This document shows positions 51,049 through 60,860 of a stretch of DNA of 64,000 nucleotides, piece after piece. The stretch's first letter is position 1. Each line of letters opens with the position of its first letter. Origin of the DNA: Candidatus Poribacteria bacterium (lineage in GTDB: Bacteria; Poribacteria; WGA-4E; UBA9662). The position numbers and the translations under genes are program-made. Where the stretch lies: assembly GCA_036339735.1 (NCBI GenBank), contig JAYZAL010000079.1, positions 1-64,000 on the forward strand, given 5' to 3'. The notes under the pieces are model-generated. The model worked only from the letters and a program-made list of their open reading frames with translations, had not been told where the DNA came from and searched no databases.

Positions 51049-51756
51049 ATGAAAATCGAAGTTAGGTATTTTGCTTTTTTTCGCCAGCAAATCGGTCGCA
51101 CTAGTGATGAAATTAATTTGCCAAGTCCAGCCACAGTAGCTGACCTTTTGAACTCTTTACGAACAATTTATCCCGAGGTTAAGGATGCATTAAATACTGC
51201 GCAGATTTCGGTTAATATGGAATTCGTTACTTTAGATACACCACTGTCGGCTAGAGATGAAGTCGCATTAATCCCACCAGTATCAGGTGGGAATATGAAC
51301 TCAAACGAATTGGGTTTATTCAAAATCACTGATACAAAAATTACAGTACAAGATGTCATCAAACCAATACGAGGAAACGACGCAGGGGCTGTAGTTACTT
51401 TTCTAGGTACGGTTCGAGATAACACAATGGGCAGAGCTACCGCTTATTTAGAGTATGAGGCTTATACTCCAATGGCGGAAAAGAAAATGGCTGAAATTGC
51501 CAACGAAGCACGAGAGAAATGGGGAATTAAGCGTATGGCCATGATTCATCGTGTTGGTCGACTAGAAATTGGTCAAGTTAGTGTTGCTGTTGGAGTAGCT
51601 TCCCCTCATCGTAAAGATGGCTTCGAAGCTTGCCAATATGCAATGGATCGTCTGAAACAGATTGTTCCAATCTGGAAACGAGAGGTATGGTGTGACGGTG
51701 GGGAGGAATGGGTCAAACCTGATCCCGTCTATTTTCAGAATAGCCCAAAAAGATAG
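51049..51756 (+). CDS. Molybdopterin synthase MoaD-MoaE fusion (MoaX-type)
   Basis: MoaD ending IPPVSGG fused in frame to MoaE (GAVVTFLGTVR, LEYEAY, HRVG.L, SPHR, PIWKRE). Confidence 0.92.
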   Translation: MKIEVRYFAFFRQQIGRTSDEINLPSPATVADLLNSLRTIYPEVKDALNTAQISVNMEFVTLDTPLSARDEVALIPPVSGGNMNSNELGLFKITDTKITVQDVIKPIRGNDAGAVVTFLGTVRDNTMGRATAYLEYEAYTPMAEKKMAEIANEAREKWGIKRMAMIHRVGRLEIGQVSVAVGVASPHRKDGFEACQYAMDRLKQIVPIWKREVWCDGGEEWVKPDPVYFQNSPKR

Positions 51757-51776
51757 GTTTACTGAGTAAAAAAACA

Positions 51777-53063
51777 ATGTCAGATGTGATTGAAATCCAA
51801 CCAATTTCCAGGCCTGTTGTTGCTAGTATAGATGTGCCAGGCTCCAAAAGTTACACGAACAGAGCTCTATTGATTGCTGCCCTAGCCGAAGGGCAGTCCG
51901 AACTTTCTGGGATCTTATTTAGTGATGACACTGAGCGGATGTTGGATTCACTGAAAAGACTGGGTACTGACCTTGAAATTGACCGCCTTAACCACTTAGT
52001 ACGTATTAACGGCAACGGTGGTCGTATACCAGTTTCAGAAGCCAATTTGGATATCGGAAATTCGGGGACAGCATCACGGTCTTTAGTTTGTTATACCGCA
52101 TTGGGAAATGGAACTTACCGCTTCGATGGTGCTCCTCCTATGAGAAAAAGCCGACCTATAGCTGACTTATTAGATGCATTACGACAACTGGGTGTATTGA
52201 TCACATCGGAACAAAACAATCAAAAATTTCCTCTGGTTGTTTCTGCTAACGGATTGGATGGTGGTCCCGTAAAGTTAGATGCCAGCAAAAGTAGCCAGTT
52301 CTTAACTGCATTACTAATGGTTGCTCCTGTTACAAAGAAGGGCTTACAGATTGAGCTGACTGACAAATTAATATCACAGCCATATATCGATATTACACTG
52401 TCTATCATGGATCAGTTTGGAGTTGAAGTTGCCAACAATGATTACTGCCATTTTTCTGTCAATGGTGGACAAAGTTATGCATCCCAGAGTTACGAAATCG
52501 AGCCAGATGCCTCAAGTGCTTCTTATTTCTTTGCTTTAGCAGCAATCACCAGTGGTCAAGTTACTGTCAAACATCTCGATATTAATTCTGCACAAGGTGA
52601 TGTTCAGTTTGTTCGAGTATTAGAGGAAATGGGTTGTTCTGTTCGACACTTATCTGATGGTATTCAGGTAACGGGAGGTGATTCTCTCAAGGGAATAAAC
52701 ATTGATATGAACTCTATATCAGACACATCTCTTACGTTAGCTGCTATTGCTCCCTTTGCCAAAAGCCAAACTACTATCCGGAATATTAAACACGTTCGAT
52801 GGCAAGAAACTGACCGTTTGGCAGCTATGGTAACAGAACTTCGGAGACTTGGAGTACCGGTGGTTGAATTCGACGATGGTCTGCAAATCCAACCAGTTGA
52901 CCAAATTCAACCTGCTGAAATTGAAACCTACAACGACCACCGTGTCGCAATGGCTTTCTCGCTTGTGGGTATACGGCAAGCAGGTGTTAAAATCAAAGAT
53001 CCTCGCTGTGTAGACAAAACTTTTCCCACTTATTTTGAGATACTTGGACAACTTGGTGCCTAA
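51777..53063 (+). CDS. aroA: 3-phosphoshikimate 1-carboxyvinyltransferase
   Basis: PGSKSYTNR, GNSGT, SSQF, ETDR, DHRVAM, CVDKTFP. Confidence 0.97.
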   Translation: MSDVIEIQPISRPVVASIDVPGSKSYTNRALLIAALAEGQSELSGILFSDDTERMLDSLKRLGTDLEIDRLNHLVRINGNGGRIPVSEANLDIGNSGTASRSLVCYTALGNGTYRFDGAPPMRKSRPIADLLDALRQLGVLITSEQNNQKFPLVVSANGLDGGPVKLDASKSSQFLTALLMVAPVTKKGLQIELTDKLISQPYIDITLSIMDQFGVEVANNDYCHFSVNGGQSYASQSYEIEPDASSASYFFALAAITSGQVTVKHLDINSAQGDVQFVRVLEEMGCSVRHLSDGIQVTGGDSLKGINIDMNSISDTSLTLAAIAPFAKSQTTIRNIKHVRWQETDRLAAMVTELRRLGVPVVEFDDGLQIQPVDQIQPAEIETYNDHRVAMAFSLVGIRQAGVKIKDPRCVDKTFPTYFEILGQLGA

Positions 53064-53118
53064 TCTAAGACAGAATCACTCTCGTATTTGTCAGACTTGG
53101 TGTTAAATCTCTAACCAC

Positions 53119-53739
53119 TTAGAATTCCCAACTTAGAACCGGTCGTTTATATTTCAAAACCAGATAAGTACTACTAGTACCAACGAGTGCCCCAACTAAC
53201 ACATCAAGTGGGTAATGTCGACCTAGGTAGATACGTGAAAATCCGGCAAGACCTGCGGCACAGTAAAGTGGAATTTTCCAACGTGGATAACGATTAGATA
53301 GTGTTGCAGCCAGAACAAATGCACAATTGGTATGACCAGAAGGAAATGATTCAGGGGGCTCTTGTTTTTTCAGTCTATCCAGTGGTCGGCGACGACCAAC
53401 GATTTTTTTTCCAGACCATATAGTTAATGCTGACAATGTAAAGGCTGAAGTCAATAACTTACCCGTTTTTCTGACATCATCATTACCATATGTCGTTAGC
53501 AATGCACACACACCCAATACAGCTACAGGATCTCCAAAGTGAGTTACTCCTTGCATCAACTTGTATGGAACTGTCTCAACACTATTGGCATCGTAAACAG
53601 CATCGAACAATTGATGATCTATCCGAAGAAGTAAATTAGAATTGTAGTTACTGGATGAGTAATGGTCTGCTGCCGATAATCTAAGGTCTATTGTTAAGAA
53701 TAATAGCGTGCAGAAAAGACAAATCAGCTTAGTTGACAT
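53119..53739 (-). CDS. PAP2-family phosphatase
   Basis: K..VGRRRP, SFPSGH, SRIYLGRHYPLDV. Confidence 0.92.
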   Translation of the reverse strand: MSTKLICLFCTLLFLTIDLRLSAADHYSSSNYNSNLLLRIDHQLFDAVYDANSVETVPYKLMQGVTHFGDPVAVLGVCALLTTYGNDDVRKTGKLLTSAFTLSALTIWSGKKIVGRRRPLDRLKKQEPPESFPSGHTNCAFVLAATLSNRYPRWKIPLYCAAGLAGFSRIYLGRHYPLDVLVGALVGTSSTYLVLKYKRPVLSWEF

Positions 53740-53889
53740 AGCGAAAGATTGTAAAACGACAAGGCATAAAAATCGAGAAAGAAAAGGCTAAGCAAGAACC
53801 CTAATACTATCAAGAATCATGATGAATAACAAGGTAGAGAAAATTGCATAACATCTTATCCTGATTGAAATTCTTCCTGATGAAACTGT

Positions 53890-53933
53890 ATACTACCGTT
53901 CAACGGTGGGTACCCACCGTTGAACGGTAGTAT
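53890..53933. repeat. 44-bp perfect spacerless palindrome with nested hairpins
   Basis: ATACTACCGTTCAACGGTGGGT|ACCCACCGTTGAACGGTAGTAT. Confidence 0.95.
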
Positions 53934-53958
53934 TACTGTTATATGACAGGAAAAAACA

Positions 53959-54696
53959 TTGCAATTAAACTCTCGAAGATCGCTAATTAGGTTAATCAAT
54001 TTCCTAGTGATCGGCATTCCGCTGGTGGTTGAAGTCAGAGTAAATAGTAATTTATCAGCTGAAAATTACTATCCGGATAATATTGGTAATGAGTGGGTTT
54101 TTCTGAGTACCGATGGTCTTGAAGAGCGAGTCCTACGCATTCAGGCCAATACTGAAACAAATTACCGACAGCTTGTTGATCAAACAAGGGAAGTCAGACC
54201 TCCTCAAGAGGAAACCGGATATAGTCGCTTCGTTATTCAACCTGGAACAAATAGCATCAAAATTATGAAAGCCACATTCACTTTTGGGTTGGTTGGTGAA
54301 ATTGATCTTCCTTATACTCCCCCCCAAGTCTTTTTACCTATCCCTATTCAATTGGGGGCTGAATGGTCAGTCAAAGGTTCTGTCAAACTTCCCCTTTTGG
54401 GACAAATTCAAGCAGAAAACCGTCAAAAGGCTGTAGCGATAGAAACTGTCTCCGTACCAGTAGGAACATTCGAGGATTGCTTAAAAATCACACAGAATAA
54501 CGCTCTGAAGTCACCAGTTTTGGGAATGGAATTAACAGGAACTATGTGGCTTGCTCCCGATTTAGGCCCAGTCAAACTAATTAGCTCTGGTGACATAGTA
54601 TTTGAACTAATCCGACATAATATTAAAACAGCTACAACAGCGGTTTCTCTCAAAACAAAATTAGCTACTAAATGGTCAAGGATTCGCAACGAATAG
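53959..54696 (+). CDS. Exported protein (DUF3108-like) with a C-terminal AVS..KLATxW motif
   Basis: YYP..IGNEW.F, ETVSVPVGTFEDCLKI, WLAPDLGPVK, AVSLKTKLATKWSRIR. Confidence 0.75.
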   Translation: MQLNSRRSLIRLINFLVIGIPLVVEVRVNSNLSAENYYPDNIGNEWVFLSTDGLEERVLRIQANTETNYRQLVDQTREVRPPQEETGYSRFVIQPGTNSIKIMKATFTFGLVGEIDLPYTPPQVFLPIPIQLGAEWSVKGSVKLPLLGQIQAENRQKAVAIETVSVPVGTFEDCLKITQNNALKSPVLGMELTGTMWLAPDLGPVKLISSGDIVFELIRHNIKTATTAVSLKTKLATKWSRIRNE

Positions 54697-54698
54697 CC

Positions 54699-57600
54699 TT
54701 GAGTAAACGGTTCGTCGTTTATTTCTTGTTTTTTTTATCGTATCAATTAATTTATGCAGGGCGCGATTGGCCATCATATCTTAACGGGCATCTAGATTTA
54801 ACGGCTTCGCCTGTGGTTGGTCAAACGGCGACGCTTAGACTTCGATTGGAATCCAATTTAGCCGAATCGGTAAGAGTTGAGATCGTTTTTCGTCTACCCG
54901 ATGGGATCATTGCAGAATTACCTGAACTGATAGAAAGTCAAGTCTACTTATCGGCTTATGGATTTTCCACCAATAATTTGCCTATAAAGGTTGAACGGAA
55001 GGGAAATTATCCACTTCAGGCGTCGGTTTATGCTATCACCTCGATGGGACATCAATTCGTTGATCACTTCTACCTTTATTTACAAACTGACTTATACAAT
55101 TCTAAGACATCACATGATCCGATTGAGCATCATAATCAAGATGCCATACTTCCTGCACAGGTAAAAATCCAGCCTAGATTTGCAGGCTTAGGCATTTTGG
55201 TTAATGGACAATTACAATACTTTAATGACAATCAACGTAAGTTAAAACCTCTTCAACAGGTGAGAGTTAGCCTATACCAGAATCGACAAGAACTCGGGCG
55301 GACTTTTTCTGATGAAAATGGGCAATACCAATTTCAGTCGGTCAATATTAATCCTAATCAACCACCTCAACTACATGTAGTTATTACCACAGATAATCGG
55401 GTACTAACAGTTGTCAATCGCCGGTGGAAAACTTACGAATTTAAATCTGATATAGCTGCGGAGATCGCTAATGACCAAGAGGTGACGATCAACTTAACTT
55501 TATCAGCTACCAATGCTGACCGTGGTGTAGGTAATATCATTGATTCAATAATGAAAACCCACCTTTTCTTTGTTGATCAAGTTGGTTGGGAACGCTCCAA
55601 ACCAATCCAAGTCACTTGGCCTGGTAGTGGTAAGGTTTCGTATTACTATGCTACTCAATTTGGCGGGCGTGTAACTCGTGAAACATTGACTATTGCTGGT
55701 GGTGTCGACCAATGGCGTAGTATAACTATGTACCATGAATATGGTCATGCAGTAATGATGGCAGCCTACAACTATGAATATAATAGTGTCCCACGTGGGC
55801 AATACCAGGGTGGTCATAGATTAGAAACAGTCTCTGATACCGGCTTTGCTCTTAGTGAAGGGTGGTCTGAATTTCTGGAAGCAGCTATAGATAATAGAGC
55901 CTTGAACGTAACCGGTCGGTGGGAAGATCAATTTCCCAACATCGAAACTAACACATGGTGGACGGGAAGCAATGATGGTAGTGGAAGTAATCGTGACGGT
56001 GGGATCGTGGAAGGTAGTGTTGCTAGTATTTTATGGGATGTTTTTGACACCAAAGAAAGTATAGATTTAACTCCAAATGAGGATGATGACCTAATCCACA
56101 ACCGATTCGACTTAATCTGGAAAATTTTGGTAGAAGATAAGCCAAAAACAATTACTGAAATAGCCATGTCTTGGCGAAAGAAAAACTTTCCACAATTAGA
56201 TGATTTAGAGGATATTTACGCTACTCATCATGCATTATCCAAGCCTAATGAGCCGCCTCAGTTCAGGTTCGTTTTTCCCAGTGAAGATAATACTCTCATC
56301 AATAAATCACTACAAATTGAATGGGAAGCTGATGACCCTGATGGAGACAATTTCTTTGTAGACCTTTACTACGATATTGACCAAAATACGCAGCGTGCTA
56401 ATCCGATTAAAACTGGTATAAGTTCCACAATTTCTGTTTTTAACTGGAATACAGTTTTTGTATTTGATGGACAATACTATCTCTTGGCACGAGTTAAAGA
56501 TGAAAGAGGAGAATTAACCAGCATTTATTCTGATACAATGGTGATTGTAGATCATACGCCTTTGTTGCCACCAAAAATCGAATCCCCAACCCATCCTGAA
56601 TCTGGTCTGTGGTACAAAAATAGCTCGCCCACTTTTTATTTCTTGACCACTCCTGAAGTTATGAGTAGCCGCCGTTACAGTTTCGTACTTGACCATAACG
56701 CCAAAACTAATCCAGATACCATTTCTGACCCTTTGATTAGAAATAACCAACTCACGCTAAAAGGCCTGAATGACGGTGAATGGTGGCTACACCTAAGAGC
56801 GAAAGATAAGCTGGATTACTGGACTGATACTAGCCACTTCAGAATAAAAATTGACAATACGCCACCTGGATTAGTTGAGTCAATAGAATGGTCAGTACCA
56901 GAAATTTTAACCCCTCCCAATCAACCAACACCGGCTCAACGAGAAATCGTTTTGTCTTGGCCAATGCTATTCGAAGTAAGTGGAATTGACCATTACCTTG
57001 TCCAGATAGATGTCGATGATCGGACATTTTCGAACCCGAATAAGTTATGGATTGACACGAAGATTGGAGAATTAAAAGCTTATGGAAGCCACGTGGATTT
57101 TTCTTTTTTAGGTACAGCTGGTTACAAGTATTATGCTCGAATCAAAGCAGTCAACGGTGTGGGACAGGAGAGTAACTGGAGCCAAGTATTCGGTCCTATT
57201 TTGGTAGAAGATTTTCCAGCTTGGGATTTAAATCAAGATGGGTTAGTAGATATTATAGACTTGGTTTATGTTGCTAAATTCTTTGGGCAGCCACGACCAC
57301 CGATCATTCACCCAACACCAGACATTAATGATGATGGGAGTGTTAATATTTTCGATATTATATTAGTTGCTCGGCATTTTGGAAGCAGTACAATTGCCAG
57401 TCCGCAGTTAAGGCAAATATTATCCAAATTGGAAATAACAGCTACAAATAATACGTTACCAACTTCACACGTTAGCCAACTAGGACAGAATTTCCCAAAC
57501 CCATTTAATCCTGAAACCTGGATTCCGTACTATTTAGCTCAACCCTCTCAAGTCGCTATCACAATCTATGATGCTAACGGACAGATAGTTAATCGGTTGG

Positions 57601-57761
57601 ACTTGGGTTGGAAGTTGGCAGGTTCATACCAGTCAAGGCAAAGTGCAGCCTATTGGGACGGTAGAAACGAAACGGGCCAAAAAGTTGCAGGTGGAGTTTA
57701 TTTCTATCAAATGCAGGCAGATAATTTCAGTTCTATTCACCAAATGATCATGCTCAAGTAA
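54699..57761 (+). CDS. Secreted Zn-metalloprotease with Ig/Fn3 repeats, dockerin and FlgD-Ig/T9SS-like C-terminal domain
   Basis: HEYGH...ALSEGWSEF; DLNQDG.VDI.D / DINDDG.VNI.D; QNFPNPFNPETWIPY..WDGRN..G..VAGGVYFY; TTG 54699 start inferred. Confidence 0.85.
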   Translation: MSKRFVVYFLFFLSYQLIYAGRDWPSYLNGHLDLTASPVVGQTATLRLRLESNLAESVRVEIVFRLPDGIIAELPELIESQVYLSAYGFSTNNLPIKVERKGNYPLQASVYAITSMGHQFVDHFYLYLQTDLYNSKTSHDPIEHHNQDAILPAQVKIQPRFAGLGILVNGQLQYFNDNQRKLKPLQQVRVSLYQNRQELGRTFSDENGQYQFQSVNINPNQPPQLHVVITTDNRVLTVVNRRWKTYEFKSDIAAEIANDQEVTINLTLSATNADRGVGNIIDSIMKTHLFFVDQVGWERSKPIQVTWPGSGKVSYYYATQFGGRVTRETLTIAGGVDQWRSITMYHEYGHAVMMAAYNYEYNSVPRGQYQGGHRLETVSDTGFALSEGWSEFLEAAIDNRALNVTGRWEDQFPNIETNTWWTGSNDGSGSNRDGGIVEGSVASILWDVFDTKESIDLTPNEDDDLIHNRFDLIWKILVEDKPKTITEIAMSWRKKNFPQLDDLEDIYATHHALSKPNEPPQFRFVFPSEDNTLINKSLQIEWEADDPDGDNFFVDLYYDIDQNTQRANPIKTGISSTISVFNWNTVFVFDGQYYLLARVKDERGELTSIYSDTMVIVDHTPLLPPKIESPTHPESGLWYKNSSPTFYFLTTPEVMSSRRYSFVLDHNAKTNPDTISDPLIRNNQLTLKGLNDGEWWLHLRAKDKLDYWTDTSHFRIKIDNTPPGLVESIEWSVPEILTPPNQPTPAQREIVLSWPMLFEVSGIDHYLVQIDVDDRTFSNPNKLWIDTKIGELKAYGSHVDFSFLGTAGYKYYARIKAVNGVGQESNWSQVFGPILVEDFPAWDLNQDGLVDIIDLVYVAKFFGQPRPPIIHPTPDINDDGSVNIFDIILVARHFGSSTIASPQLRQILSKLEITATNNTLPTSHVSQLGQNFPNPFNPETWIPYYLAQPSQVAITIYDANGQIVNRLDLGWKLAGSYQSRQSAAYWDGRNETGQKVAGGVYFYQMQADNFSSIHQMIMLK

Positions 57762-57767
57762 GAGAAA

Positions 57768-58772
57768 TCAAGTCAACTGGTCAACGTGAATTCGTTGCCC
57801 TGTCTTTGCTGATTCCACGCCTGCAACTAGTGCTGAAACGGTCTTTGCTCCATCCACAACATCAATGGGGGGTGGTGTGCCATTTGTAACACTATCTAAG
57901 AAGTATTCAACAGCTGTGTGAATGGCTGAACTTTCGTCTGTAACTTCGATTGTTTCTGGCTGAGAGTTTTCTGTGGTATAGAGTTGGTTTTTCCAAATTG
58001 TGCCTTCAGTACCATAAATCGATAAAAACCCTTCACCCATCCCATGACCTCGACAACCACTAGTGGCCAGCAATTTACCTACACAACCGTTTTCAAACTG
58101 AAAGCTAAGTATATAACAGTCATCTAGAGGAAAATCCGGCAACGCATACCCGTTAGAGAAAGCATGGACCGATACCACCTCTGAATTGACTGTCCACCGC
58201 ATTAAATCCATCGGATGACATCCCCCGCCTATCAAAATATTTTGCGGATTAGTGGGGTTGGACCTCCAAGTCATTGGTTGATAGTAGGGACGCATATCGT
58301 GGATGTAACTTCCCTCAATAAAAAAAGCGTTTCCGATCTGACCTTGATCATAAATCTGTTTGATACGTTGATAAATAGGTTGGAATCGCATGAATTGGCT
58401 AACCATACAAGTTAGTCCAGTCTGTTTGACTTTCTCTATAAGGTTTTGACAATTCCGTAAATTATCGGTTAGTGGTTTTTCACATAATACATGCTTTCCT
58501 GCTTCGAGTGCCATTAGGGTATGTTCAGCATGTAAGTAATCAGGGCTGCAAACTACAACGGCTGAAATCTGTGTGTCCTCGACTAATTCTTCAGTATTTT
58601 GATAGGTTTGAAAAGTTTTTCCCACTTCTAAAGCTTGGTGGGTAGTCTTTTGAGATGGAATTTCTGTCTGGCAAAAACCCATCATATTTACTTTTGAATG
58701 ATGAAGGAATCCATCAATATAGTCACGTACATGAACATCAGCACCAATGAAACCGACATTAATAGTTTTCAT
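57768..58772 (-). CDS. Gfo/Idh/MocA oxidoreductase
   Basis: PDYLHAE, AGKHVLCEKP, GGCH.MDL, IYGTEG. Confidence 0.92.
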   Translation of the reverse strand: MKTINVGFIGADVHVRDYIDGFLHHSKVNMMGFCQTEIPSQKTTHQALEVGKTFQTYQNTEELVEDTQISAVVVCSPDYLHAEHTLMALEAGKHVLCEKPLTDNLRNCQNLIEKVKQTGLTCMVSQFMRFQPIYQRIKQIYDQGQIGNAFFIEGSYIHDMRPYYQPMTWRSNPTNPQNILIGGGCHPMDLMRWTVNSEVVSVHAFSNGYALPDFPLDDCYILSFQFENGCVGKLLATSGCRGHGMGEGFLSIYGTEGTIWKNQLYTTENSQPETIEVTDESSAIHTAVEYFLDSVTNGTPPPIDVVDGAKTVSALVAGVESAKTGQRIHVDQLT

Positions 58773-58795
58773 TTTATCTTTACCTTTAGATCGAA

Positions 58796-59404
58796 CTATG
58801 GACCAATAGCTCGGAGGATAATAGACTCTGTCAGTTCAGATCTAATTTGATCGATCTTATCTTCAAGTGATGGCAATCCCAATTTTGGACCAATAGATCT
58901 CCACCGTTCAGGCTGGTCATCATCAATACAAATAGGTAGAAAACCAAGATTCAGATAGGTCTTGATAGCAGGTAGCCGAAAGTCATCAGTCCCCAGAATC
59001 GCGCAAGTATATTCATGTTCTCTCAAATAGTGAAGAACAGCTAAGGAAACGCACATACCCAACTTGGCTCCTGAATGATCTGAATGAACACCAACCATAT
59101 GTAATTGGCCAATTTCTTTTTCGTGTGGATCGTGCCATCGCCAAGCACAGGCGGTACCAATAGGCTGCCCCTGATGTGTGGCAAAAAATAGGCCTTCAGG
59201 ATTAAAAATGTCCTGATCCATAATCTCACGCCTCACATCCTCCGTAGTCCTTTCCCCTCCGAATGAATTGTTGATAATTTCAGCCCAATGCTGGTCATCA
59301 CCCACTTGGTAGGTACGTAAACCATAGCTGCGAGGAATTCGCAGCGGAGGTAAGGTGGTGAGTTCTGGTCGTATCATCCTTAACTGCCGTTTTGCCATTG
59401 TCAA
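58796..59404 (-). CDS. GNAT N-acetyltransferase
   Basis: LHMVGVHSDHSGAKLG, TDDFRLPAIKTYLNLGF. Confidence 0.85.
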   Translation of the reverse strand: MTMAKRQLRMIRPELTTLPPLRIPRSYGLRTYQVGDDQHWAEIINNSFGGERTTEDVRREIMDQDIFNPEGLFFATHQGQPIGTACAWRWHDPHEKEIGQLHMVGVHSDHSGAKLGMCVSLAVLHYLREHEYTCAILGTDDFRLPAIKTYLNLGFLPICIDDDQPERWRSIGPKLGLPSLEDKIDQIRSELTESIILRAIGP

Positions 59405-60858
59405 CCTTGGTATCGAACTTCTTTGTAATTTGAAATCAATGGAGCTGTTGGTGGCGGCGAAACAAGTTGGCTTTTATCAACCCAACCGCACTTTCGCTTT
59501 TCTATTTCATTGATCAGGTAGTTTTCCCATAATTCAATTTCAATTTTTCGTGAAGGTTCATCTATCAGATTATGGCATTCTCCCGGATCAGTATCAAGAT
59601 CAAAGAATTGTTTTTCGTCGATTCGAGGTAACCATATAAACTTCCGTTTGCCATCGGTTACATATTGCATTTCTTGTTCACTTGAGTAACAAGTGCAATG
59701 CTCTCCGTGAATGTAGTTACGCCATTCAACCGCTGGCTGACTTATTAGTGGTATTAGGTTTTCACCATCAACTGTTGGTGGTACATCAATATTGGCTGCA
59801 GATAATAGTGTAGGCATAACATCCCTCAATTCTACCACCTCATCAGCAACTGGACGGGTTATTATTCCACTTCCACGAGGAGGAGCCACAATGAATGGAA
59901 TGCGAGCGCTTCCCTCATATGCATAAGTTTTCCGCCACAGGTTATGATCTCCTAGCATTTCGCCATGATCAGAAATAAAAATGAACCATGTATTGGCCAA
60001 GGTTTTGCTTTGGTGCCTACTTAACCAATTCATCAATCGACCAATCTGTGTATCGATAAAAGAAATTTCACCATAATAACCAGCTCTGGCGCGCTGGATT
60101 TGCCGATCTGTCTTTTTTCCTCTCCAAGCATTCGGATTGATCGCTGTCTCCGGTCGATCATGGATACTGGACCAATCTCCTAAAAATGGTGAAGGTAATT
60201 CTTCTTTGTGATACATTTCGAAATAACTGTTAGGTGGCACGAAAGGCGAGTGTGGTCGAGCAAAAGAAATGTTCAAAAAAAACGGACGTTCTTGATCTCT
60301 CTGGGATAAAAAGTGTATAGCCCGACTCATTGTCCAGGCTGTCGGATGCAAGTACTCTTCAGTATGCCAAGGCCGGGCAACCCAAGAATTCCAATCCACA
60401 CCGTGATCATCGGGACTAATATCACGTTTCTTTTCTTGGTCAAACCAGAATCGATATTCGTCTATTAGACCGTCCGTGATCATTCTACCTGATTCATCGA
60501 GTTCGTGGCTTTCAAATCCCATTTTCGACCGCTGAGGCGTGAAGTGTCCTTTGCCAACCAAGTGGGTCTGATAATCGGCCAAAGACAATTGACCGGCCAA
60601 TGTAAAAGGAAAATCATTGGGCATTGGACCTTGACCTAGTCCCATTCCTAGTATTCCTGTATGCCACTGATTCATACCCGTCATTAGTGTAGCTCGGGCT
60701 GGTGTACACGAAGGACAAGCGGTATAAGCATGCCGGAAACGTGTACCATTTGCTGCCAGAAAGTCTAGATTAGGTGTTTCGATGTACGTGTTCCCATCAG
60801 CCCCTAGACAATCACCTCGCATCTGATCAGCCATGATCAAAATCAGGTTAGGTCGCAT
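59401..60858 (-). CDS. Cys-type sulfatase
   Basis: RPNLILIMADQMRGD, CTPARA, GKGH, SDHGEMLGDH, YEGSARIP. Confidence 0.93.
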   Translation of the reverse strand: MRPNLILIMADQMRGDCLGADGNTYIETPNLDFLAANGTRFRHAYTACPSCTPARATLMTGMNQWHTGILGMGLGQGPMPNDFPFTLAGQLSLADYQTHLVGKGHFTPQRSKMGFESHELDESGRMITDGLIDEYRFWFDQEKKRDISPDDHGVDWNSWVARPWHTEEYLHPTAWTMSRAIHFLSQRDQERPFFLNISFARPHSPFVPPNSYFEMYHKEELPSPFLGDWSSIHDRPETAINPNAWRGKKTDRQIQRARAGYYGEISFIDTQIGRLMNWLSRHQSKTLANTWFIFISDHGEMLGDHNLWRKTYAYEGSARIPFIVAPPRGSGIITRPVADEVVELRDVMPTLLSAANIDVPPTVDGENLIPLISQPAVEWRNYIHGEHCTCYSSEQEMQYVTDGKRKFIWLPRIDEKQFFDLDTDPGECHNLIDEPSRKIEIELWENYLINEIEKRKCGWVDKSQLVSPPPTAPLISNYKEVRYQG

Positions 60859-60860
60859 AA

